A program made the position numbers and the translations under genes. Below the pieces are notes generated by a model. That model worked only from the letters and a program-made list of their open reading frames with translations. It did no database searches and was not told where the DNA came from. This document shows, in pieces, positions 57,466 through 64,000 of a stretch of DNA of 64,000 nucleotides (its first letter is position 1; the number at the start of each line of letters is the position of its first letter). Origin of the DNA: an uncultured Campylobacterales bacterium (GTDB lineage Bacteria; Campylobacterota; Campylobacteria; Campylobacterales; QNZT01); NCBI GenBank assembly GCA_964560425.1, contig CAZLLE010000083.1, positions 51,743 to 115,742 of the forward strand, written 5' to 3'.

Positions 57466-58212
57466 ATGGATAGATTAAAAGAGATATTAGATGCTGAAGT
57501 TTTAAAAAGAGACTCTTTTGATGAAATATCTCTTGATAAACCAGATCCAATGCTTGTTGCAAGGGAGTACAAAGATGAGTATATATCTCTGATTTGTGCT
57601 CTGTTTGCTTATGGAAATGCTAGGTTGATTGTAAAATTTTTAAGCTCTTTAGATTTTTCTTTGATTGATGGTAGTGAAGAGGAGATTAAAAAATCTTTGA
57701 GTGATTATTATTATAGATTTCAAAGCTCAGAAGATGTAATTAATATATTTATAACTCTTAGAAGAGCAAAATTAGAATTTTCTCTTGAAGATATATTTTT
57801 GAGTGGCTATCAAAGAGAAAATAATATTTTAGATGGTTTAAATACTTTGATAAGTAAATTACTTGAATTAAATAAGTTTACTTCTCATGGATATCAATTT
57901 TTACTTGGTTCTCCACCAACTAAAAAGAGTAAATCTGCTTATAAAAGATGGAATATGTATCTAAGGTGGATGGTAAGATCTGATAAAATAGATTTAGGAC
58001 TATGGGAGAGAGTAGATCAAAAAGATCTATTAATTCCGCTAGATACACATACCTTTAAGGTGTCTCGTAAGCTTGGATTGTTGGAGAGAAAGAGTTATGA
58101 TTTGAAAGCAGTTGTAGAGTTAAGCCAAAAATTGAGAAGTTTTGATCCTCTTGATCCAATTAAATATGACTTTGCTCTGTATCGTATAGGACAAGAGAAA
58201 CAAAAGATTTAA
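57466..58212 (+). CDS. DUF2400/TIGR02757-like protein (HhH-GPD-like fold suspected)
   Basis: It starts at the base after the permease stop. LIPLDTHTFKVSRKLGLL resembles the EndoIII-type VDTH..RV..RLG helix-hairpin-helix region. The family name is from memory only. Confidence 0.5.
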   Translation: MDRLKEILDAEVLKRDSFDEISLDKPDPMLVAREYKDEYISLICALFAYGNARLIVKFLSSLDFSLIDGSEEEIKKSLSDYYYRFQSSEDVINIFITLRRAKLEFSLEDIFLSGYQRENNILDGLNTLISKLLELNKFTSHGYQFLLGSPPTKKSKSAYKRWNMYLRWMVRSDKIDLGLWERVDQKDLLIPLDTHTFKVSRKLGLLERKSYDLKAVVELSQKLRSFDPLDPIKYDFALYRIGQEKQKI

Positions 58213-58289
58213 GCTTTAAGAAAAATTTTATCAATTATTAATCGAAAATAAGATAAAATACGCGAACTTTATACACAAGGAACTCTACG

Positions 58290-58964
58290 ATGAATGAGAT
58301 TTTTACTTTCTTTGGGCTGATCTCCCATGACCACACATTTATTTTTGTAACTCATACCCTTCTTGCTGCGGGTATAGTGATTTTTATTGCTAGAATGGCT
58401 ACTTCTTCGCTTCAATTAGTACCAAAAGGTACTCAGAATGTAATGGAGTCATATCTTTTAGGTGTTATTTCTATGGGTCAAGATGTAATGGGCAAAGAGT
58501 TGGCTAAAAAATATCTTCCTTTAGTTGCAACAATTGGTCTACTTGTTTTTGTATCTAATATGATTGGTATTATTCCCGGTTTTGAATCACCAACAGGAAA
58601 TATTAACTTTACACTTGCACTTGCTCTTATTGTATTTATATATTATAACTATGAGGGTATTAAAGAGAATGGCGTAGTTAAATATTTTGCACACTTCATG
58701 GGACCTAGCATTTGGTTGGCTCCTCTTATGTTTCCTATTGAGATTTTGTCTCATTTTTCAAGAATTATCTCTTTGTCATTTAGACTTTTTGGAAATATTA
58801 AAGGTGATGATCTATTCTTGGCTGTTATTTTGATGCTTGCACCATTTGTTTTCCCTCTTGCACCATTTGCGATTTTGGTATTTTTTGGATTGCTTCAATC
58901 ATTCATTTTTATGATTTTGACTTATGTTTATCTTGCAGGTGCTGTACAGATTAGTGATCACTAA
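58290..58964 (+). CDS. atpB: F0F1 ATP synthase subunit a
   Basis: It has five TM helices and [13 protein letters not shown] with the essential Arg. A stand-alone position is typical of epsilonproteobacteria. Confidence 0.93.
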   Translation: MNEIFTFFGLISHDHTFIFVTHTLLAAGIVIFIARMATSSLQLVPKGTQNVMESYLLGVISMGQDVMGKELAKKYLPLVATIGLLVFVSNMIGIIPGFESPTGNINFTLALALIVFIYYNYEGIKENGVVKYFAHFMGPSIWLAPLMFPIEILSHFSRIISLSFRLFGNIKGDDLFLAVILMLAPFVFPLAPFAILVFFGLLQSFIFMILTYVYLAGAVQISDH

Positions 58965-58967
58965 GGA

Positions 58968-59231
58968 ATGAGAGTGCAAAAAAATAGTTTTGAATCAATT
59001 GTAAGTTTTTTACAAGGAGCCTCTTGGGCAATTGTTGTCATTGGTGCGTATCTATTTTTTACACTTTTCTATCCATTTGGGCTTATTGTAGCTTTGGTGG
59101 GTGGATTTTTTGGTGCTATGATTGGTCTGTTTATGGTTGTTTTCTTTGAGATGGCTCACGCTCAAGAAGAGAGTTTGAAAGAACAAAGAGAGCAGACTAA
59201 GCTTCTAAAAGAGTTATTAGAAAAAAAATAG
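58968..59231 (+). CDS. small two-TM membrane protein, unknown function
   Basis: The 87-aa product has two hydrophobic helices and a charged C-terminal helix. It is tightly coupled between atpB and thiE. Confidence 0.55.
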   Translation: MRVQKNSFESIVSFLQGASWAIVVIGAYLFFTLFYPFGLIVALVGGFFGAMIGLFMVVFFEMAHAQEESLKEQREQTKLLKELLEKK

Positions 59232-59788
59232 TGATCAGTTATTGTATTACTGACCCCTCTTATTATAGTGACTCTACTGAAAAATTTTCTCTATATATTG
59301 AGGAAATTTTTCAAAGTCACAAAGTTGATATGATCTCTTTTAGAGATAAAAGAGGTATCAATTTGGAACCTTTTATAAAGATATTTCTTGATATTTGTAA
59401 AAAATATAATACTCCTGCACTTATTAATTCTCATATTGATTTAGCTCTAAAATATAATTTTTTTGGTGTACATCTTACCTCCTCTCAATTTAATAAAATA
59501 TCTTATGCCCATAATAAAAAACTTTTTGTTATTGTTAGTACACACTCTTTAGAAGAGGCTAAATTAGCTCAAAAATATGGTGCTTCTTTGATTACCTTTA
59601 GCCCCATTTTTCACTCTCCAAATAAGGGTAAACCAAAAGGATTAGAAGCTCTAAAAGAGGTTGTAGATAATCTTGATATTGGATGTATTGCTCTTGGTGG
59701 AATTATGAGTCAAAAAGAGATAGATAGTTGTCAAAAAGCTGGATCATATGGATTTGCCTCGATACGATTTTTTGCAAATAAAGTTTAA
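59231..59788 (+). CDS. thiE: thiamine-phosphate synthase-like protein
   Basis: GTG start. A TIM-barrel ThiE pattern is present (ISFRDK, GVHLTS, ITFSPIFHSPNKG, ALGGI). Confidence 0.75.
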   Translation: MISYCITDPSYYSDSTEKFSLYIEEIFQSHKVDMISFRDKRGINLEPFIKIFLDICKKYNTPALINSHIDLALKYNFFGVHLTSSQFNKISYAHNKKLFVIVSTHSLEEAKLAQKYGASLITFSPIFHSPNKGKPKGLEALKEVVDNLDIGCIALGGIMSQKEIDSCQKAGSYGFASIRFFANKV

Positions 59789-59831
59789 TATATTTAATTT
59801 TTGATAAAATAATAGGATTATTTATTCTAAA

Positions 59832-61139
59832 TTGGTAAAATATATGAAAAAAAATCGAAGTATTGTCAAAACCTTTTTTATTAGCATGTCAACAGTTATT
59901 TTCTCATTGGTTCTAATTGTTGTTATTCTTTCTGTATATCAGAGTAGTTTTGATATTGATCCTACTTTTAGAGAGTTCAGTAACGGCATTCTAGACTCTC
60001 TTTTTGCAATTAGAACTAGTCAATTGCTTTTTATTGCCTTTTTTGCAGTGGTTATCTCTATTATCATTGCATATTTTATATCTTCAAATATAGAGAAAAA
60101 TTTTGATGTTTTTCATCTTTACTTCCATAAAGCTGCACATAAATTAGAAAAAATAGATACAAATAAATTACAGTTTGATGAATTTATTAGTCTTGCAAAT
60201 TCTGTTAATACTATGATAGATAGTATTAATGAAGCACATAAAGAGTTAGAGTGGAATCAAAAATATCTTCAGGCAATATTAGAGGCACAGACAAACATGG
60301 TATTGGTTTTATCAAGTGCTGAAAATGATATTATAGAGAGTGTAAATCAAGCGTTTTTAAACTATTTTGAAGTAGAAAGTATTGAAGAGTTCTATTATGA
60401 GTATAACTCTTTGACTGATGTACTAAAATATGAAGATTTGATGCTTAAAGATATATCAATTAATGATAAAAAATGGTTTGAATATATTTTAGAGAATCCA
60501 TCAATTACGCATAAAATTGTGATTGAGAGGGAGTCTTTGGATGATACTTTTATTGTTACAGCTAGTTTGGTGGATATAGAAAATGTTTATCGTGTTGTAA
60601 TTGCTCTTCATAAAGTAACAGAGTTAGAAGAGCAGAGAAAGATGTTTGAAAAAGAGGCATCTACTGATACTTTGACAAGAATTGCAAATAGATTAAAATT
60701 CAATGCCGTTTTAGAACAGCAGGTAGAGATTTCAAAAAGATATGGTGATGATCTTTCGATAATACTTTTTGATATTGATAACTTTAAAATGATTAATGAT
60801 ACTTATGGACATCAAGTTGGGGATAATGTTCTTGTAGAACTCTCTGCTGTTATTAGTGAATCTGTTAGAAAAAGTGATACTTTTGCGAGATGGGGAGGAG
60901 AGGAATTTGTAATTATTTTGTCTCAAACATCTCTTGAAACAGCTAAGATTTTAGCTGAAAAACTAAGAGAAAAAGTTGCTGGATACTCTTTTAGTGATAA
61001 TCTTGATGTTACTTGTAGTTTTGGTGTTGCTCAATATCAAAATATGGAGCCTATTTCTGATTTTCTCAAGCATGTAGATGATGCACTCTATCAAGCAAAG
61101 GATGCTGGTAAAAATATTGTTGTGAGTGATATATATTAA
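59832..61139 (+). CDS. membrane-bound diguanylate cyclase (2 TM, linker, PAS-like, GGDEF with I-site)
   Basis: Motifs are DTLTRIANR, FDIDNFKMINDTYGH and RKSD-x5-GGEEF. The likely true start is ATG 59844. Confidence 0.9.
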   Translation: MVKYMKKNRSIVKTFFISMSTVIFSLVLIVVILSVYQSSFDIDPTFREFSNGILDSLFAIRTSQLLFIAFFAVVISIIIAYFISSNIEKNFDVFHLYFHKAAHKLEKIDTNKLQFDEFISLANSVNTMIDSINEAHKELEWNQKYLQAILEAQTNMVLVLSSAENDIIESVNQAFLNYFEVESIEEFYYEYNSLTDVLKYEDLMLKDISINDKKWFEYILENPSITHKIVIERESLDDTFIVTASLVDIENVYRVVIALHKVTELEEQRKMFEKEASTDTLTRIANRLKFNAVLEQQVEISKRYGDDLSIILFDIDNFKMINDTYGHQVGDNVLVELSAVISESVRKSDTFARWGGEEFVIILSQTSLETAKILAEKLREKVAGYSFSDNLDVTCSFGVAQYQNMEPISDFLKHVDDALYQAKDAGKNIVVSDIY

Positions 61140-61193
61140 AGCCAATAGATTGTAATATAGCCACAATAATAATATACTATTTAAGGTAATTTA

Positions 61194-62618
61194 ATGTTTG
61201 AAGTTATAATCGGTTTAGAAGTTCATATTCAACTAAATACAAAAACAAAGATTTTTTGTTCATGTGCTACATCTTTTGGAGAGGAGGCAAATACTAATGT
61301 TTGTCCTGTCTGTTTGGGGCTTCCTGGGGCTCTTCCTGTATTAAATAAAGAGGCAGTCAAAAAATCTATATTACTCGGTAATGCTATCAATGCAACTGTA
61401 CATAAAAAATCTATTTTTAATCGTAAAAACTATTTTTATCCTGATCTTCCAAAAGGGTATCAAATCTCTCAATTTGAGATTCCTATTGTGGAGAGTGGAG
61501 AGTTATATATAGATTTTGATGATGGAACTCAAAAAAGAATAGGTGTTACAAGAGCTCATCTTGAAGAGGATGCGGGTAAAAATATTCATCATGGCTTAGA
61601 GAGTCATGTAGATCTTAATCGTGCAGGAACCCCACTTCTTGAAATTGTGAGTGATCCTGATATGAGAAGTAGTGATGAGGCTATTAGATATCTCAAAAAA
61701 TTACACTCTATTGTAAGGTATCTTGATATTAGCGATGCAAATATGCAAGAGGGGTCATTTAGATGTGATGTAAATGTCTCAATTCGTCCAAAAGGTGAAG
61801 AAAAACTCTATACTAGAGTAGAGATCAAAAATTTGAACTCATTTAAATATATCCAAAAAGCTACAGAGTATGAGATAAATCGTCAAATTGATGCTTGGGA
61901 AGATGGTCTATATGAAGATGAAGTTTATCAAGAGACTAGATTGTTTAATGTTGATACAGGTGAAACTAGAAGTATGAGAGGTAAAGAGGATAGTGCTGAA
62001 TATCGTTATTTCCCTGATCCTGATCTTTTGCCTGTAATTGTAACTGATGAGATGCTAGAAGAGGGTAAAAATATCCCTGAATTACCTGATGAAAAACGAA
62101 AAAGACTTGTAAGTGAATATGGTATTAAAGAGAAAGATGCTGTTGTAATTACATCCGTTTTGGAGATGGCTCACTATTATGAGAAGATGATTCAAGAGGG
62201 TGCTAGTGCCAAAAATAGTCTCACTTGGTTGACTACAGAACTTTTAGGACGATTAAAAGGAGAATTTACAATAGAAAATTCTCCCGTAGATGCTATAAAA
62301 TTGGCATTGATTGTAAAAAGAATAGAAGATGGTACTATTAGTGGAAAAGCTGCAAAAGAGGTTCTTGATTTTGTAATGGAGTCTGATGAAGATATTGATT
62401 TGGTCATTGATAAGCTTGGTCTAAAACAGGTAAGTGATGATGGTGCTATTGAAGAGTTGGTTGATACTATCTTATCTGCAAATATGGATAAAGTAGAACA
62501 GTATAAATCTGGTAAAGATAAGCTATTTGGTTTTTTTGTAGGACAAGTTATGAAGGCTAGTAAAGGTAGTGCTAACCCTGCAAAAGTAAATGAAATTCTA
62601 AAGAAAAAACTTAGTTAA
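61194..62618 (+). CDS. gatB: Asp-tRNA(Asn)/Glu-tRNA(Gln) amidotransferase subunit B
   Basis: Motifs are [34 protein letters not shown] and a C-terminal YqeY-like tail. Confidence 0.96.
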   Translation: MFEVIIGLEVHIQLNTKTKIFCSCATSFGEEANTNVCPVCLGLPGALPVLNKEAVKKSILLGNAINATVHKKSIFNRKNYFYPDLPKGYQISQFEIPIVESGELYIDFDDGTQKRIGVTRAHLEEDAGKNIHHGLESHVDLNRAGTPLLEIVSDPDMRSSDEAIRYLKKLHSIVRYLDISDANMQEGSFRCDVNVSIRPKGEEKLYTRVEIKNLNSFKYIQKATEYEINRQIDAWEDGLYEDEVYQETRLFNVDTGETRSMRGKEDSAEYRYFPDPDLLPVIVTDEMLEEGKNIPELPDEKRKRLVSEYGIKEKDAVVITSVLEMAHYYEKMIQEGASAKNSLTWLTTELLGRLKGEFTIENSPVDAIKLALIVKRIEDGTISGKAAKEVLDFVMESDEDIDLVIDKLGLKQVSDDGAIEELVDTILSANMDKVEQYKSGKDKLFGFFVGQVMKASKGSANPAKVNEILKKKLS

Positions 62619-62635
62619 TATTTAGTGAGGTTAAG

Positions 62636-63523
62636 ATGAAAATTGGTGTAGTTGGAGCTGGAAAGTGGGGGCAGGCTTTGGCTTATGCTTTGAGTGAAAA
62701 AAATGAAGTTCTCATTACATCAAGAAGACCCAAAGATATTAAAAACTTTGTATCTTTAGAAGAGGTTCTGAAGTGTGAGTATCTTGTTTTTGCAATTTCT
62801 GCACAAAATGCTAGAGAGTGGCTAGAGAATAAATTTATTTTTAATGACCAAAAGATATTAGTAGCCTCTAAAGGGATTGAAGTTAGTAGTGGAAAGTTTC
62901 TAAATGAGATATTTTTAGATTTTGTACCTGATAAAAATATGGCTTATATATCTGGTCCTACATTTGCAGCAGAGGTAATTCAAGGTCTTCCATGTGCTTT
63001 GGTAGTTAGCTCCTCTTCCAAAAAAACAGCCAAAAAATTTGCTTCATTTTTTCCATCTTTTATCAAGGCTTATGTAAGCAAAGATGTTATTGGTGCAGAA
63101 GTAAGTGGTGCTTACAAAAATGTTATTGCTATTGCTAGTGGTATATGTGATGGTATGAATCTTGGTAATAATGCTAGAGCTAGTTTAATCTCAAGAGGTC
63201 TTGTTGAAATGCAGAGATTTGGTCTCTTTTTTGGTGCAAAAAAATCTACTTTTTCTGGATTAGGAGGGGCAGGTGATCTCTTTTTGACAGCATCTAGTGT
63301 ATTATCTCGAAATTACCGTGTTGGTTTTGGACTTTCAAAGGGAAAAAGTTTAGATGATATTTTAGAAGAGTTAGGAGAGGTAGCAGAGGGTGTTTATACT
63401 GCTGATGCAATATATAAAATCTCTTTAGAATATGAGATATATACACCAATTGCAGATGAAGTTTATGCTATTTTACATGGAAAAAATGTAAAAGATAGTA
63501 TGCAAAATCTGTTATCAAAATAA
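62636..63523 (+). CDS. gpsA: NAD(P)H-dependent glycerol-3-phosphate dehydrogenase
   Basis: Motifs are GAGKWGQALA, SKGIE, SGPTFAAEV and GAYKNVIAIA. Confidence 0.93.
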   Translation: MKIGVVGAGKWGQALAYALSEKNEVLITSRRPKDIKNFVSLEEVLKCEYLVFAISAQNAREWLENKFIFNDQKILVASKGIEVSSGKFLNEIFLDFVPDKNMAYISGPTFAAEVIQGLPCALVVSSSSKKTAKKFASFFPSFIKAYVSKDVIGAEVSGAYKNVIAIASGICDGMNLGNNARASLISRGLVEMQRFGLFFGAKKSTFSGLGGAGDLFLTASSVLSRNYRVGFGLSKGKSLDDILEELGEVAEGVYTADAIYKISLEYEIYTPIADEVYAILHGKNVKDSMQNLLSK

Positions 63524-63541
63524 GCGGTATTAAGCAAAAAA

Positions 63542-63550
63542 TGCTATAAT
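63542..63550 (+). promoter_or_regulatory. extended -10 promoter-like element TGCTATAAT
   Basis: It is a perfect TGnTATAAT preceded by an A-tract, 19 nt after the gpsA stop. It faces about 220 nt of non-coding DNA and no + strand ORF. Confidence 0.35.
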
Positions 63551-63684
63551 ATCACTTCAAGTTAAATCGTATCAATGCTACGAAAACCAAGTAGTCAATT
63601 ACATTTAACAAATATAGTCTAGGTGGGATACACCTGACTTTAAATGCTTGTAATCAAATAAAGCTTGACTTTATGGAGCAAGAA

Positions 63685-63706
63685 TCCACCTCTTTCAAGG
63701 GGTGGA
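63685..63706 (+). other. GC-rich stem-loop in the gpsA-distal intergenic region
   Basis: TCCACCTC-TTTCAA-GGGGTGGA forms an 8-bp stem with one G-T pair. It is conspicuous in an AT-rich background. Confidence 0.5.
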
Positions 63707-63749
63707 GTATCAATGTTGTAGTTATATTAAAGAGTAGAAGAGTATAGAA

Positions 63750-63765
63750 CTCCCCTTTGGGGGAG
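63750..63765 (-). terminator. stem-loop just downstream of the minus-strand DUF1566-like gene
   Basis: CTCCCC-TTTG-GGGGAG is a 6-bp GC stem starting 7 nt beyond the stop at 63772-63774. On the minus strand it is followed by a moderately U-rich tract. Confidence 0.45.
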
Positions 63766-63771
63766 GAGTTT

Positions 63772-64000
63772 CTATGGAATATCTCTTACACACCGTACTT
63801 TGTGTGTATTGGTTGAAGGTTCATTTTGGTTATCAATACCATTTGAAAAATCTATAAGAGTAATACCAGAATCATTAGTTGATGACCAATAGCTATCAGT
63901 TGTTTTATATTTAAATGCTCTATATGTGGTGGGTGACTTATATAGATCAACAATGCTATATAGCTCATTAATATTTGGTAAACGCCAATTTGTTCCATTT
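63772..64000 (-). CDS. DUF1566 (Lcl C-terminal-like) domain protein, C-terminal 75 aa (5' end outside window)
   Basis: The reverse-strand translation reads NGTNWRLPNINELYSIVD...SYWSSTNDS...IDFSNG...HKVRCVRDIP then stop, matching the WRLP...EL...YWSS...VRCVR pattern of DUF1566. Confidence 0.7.
   Translation of the reverse strand, partial: NGTNWRLPNINELYSIVDLYKSPTTYRAFKYKTTDSYWSSTNDSGITLIDFSNGIDNQNEPSTNTHKVRCVRDIP

Noticed and set aside
63672-63746. 24-aa ORF (MEQESTSFKGWSINVVVILKSRRV) inside the candidate sRNA region
   Set aside because: It has no Shine-Dalgarno sequence and overlaps the GC-rich hairpin. It is more simply explained as non-coding structured RNA or terminators.
1-64000. Search for rRNA, tRNA, tmRNA, CRISPR arrays, transposases, integrases, phage genes or recognisable defence genes
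   Set aside because: None were recognised by eye. All intergenic gaps are under 260 nt and none shows a tRNA-like cloverleaf or repeat-spacer periodicity. This is a visual negative only, and tRNAscan, Infernal and defence-system HMMs would be needed to be certain.

Overview
AT-rich (roughly 30% GC by eye), densely packed chromosomal segment, almost certainly from a member of the Campylobacterota (epsilonproteobacteria). Supporting this are the csrA-ispE-smpB synteny known from Helicobacter, a stand-alone atpB, and frequent TTG/GTG starts. I recognise about 70 protein-coding genes and no rRNA, tRNA, CRISPR array, transposase or integrase. Most of the window is housekeeping: ffh-rpsP-KH-rimM-trmD-rplS, smpB, ispE, csrA, truB, uvrD/pcrA, pabBC, pyrB, bioD, clpS-clpA-aat, lnt, yajC-secD-secF, dnaJ, dnaX, murI, rho, modA-mop-modB-modC, atpB, thiE, gatB and gpsA. 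Three accessory clusters stand out. (1) 20.6-29.2 kb holds a six-gene synthase-dependent exopolysaccharide locus. It combines Pga-like parts (TPR-porin, short GT2 synthase, tiny TM partner, CE4 deacetylase) with Bcs-like parts (a GH8 hydrolase and a cytoplasmic protein whose degenerate GGDEF module keeps RxxD I-site spacing). This is my best candidate for an undescribed system. (2) 43.2-47.0 kb holds two Zn-ribbon/DUF4178-like proteins (one interrupted by an in-frame TAA), an unannotated 56-aa peptide, a DUF350-like protein and a membrane-fused spermidine-synthase-like enzyme. (3) 52.7-55.7 kb holds a secreted protein built from four tandem PilJ/NarX-type sensor modules with no output domain, bracketed by two paralogous secreted rhodanese-like proteins. 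Smaller observations are a 20-bp perfect inverted repeat sharing a core with another hairpin, a GGA-rich promoter-bearing intergenic region (possible sRNA), head-to-head overlap of lnt and yajC, and a LamG+SGNH lipoprotein. All functional calls come from reading motifs in the supplied translations and from remembered family signatures; no database search or computation was run. Coordinates not taken from the ORF track may be off by 1-2 nt.
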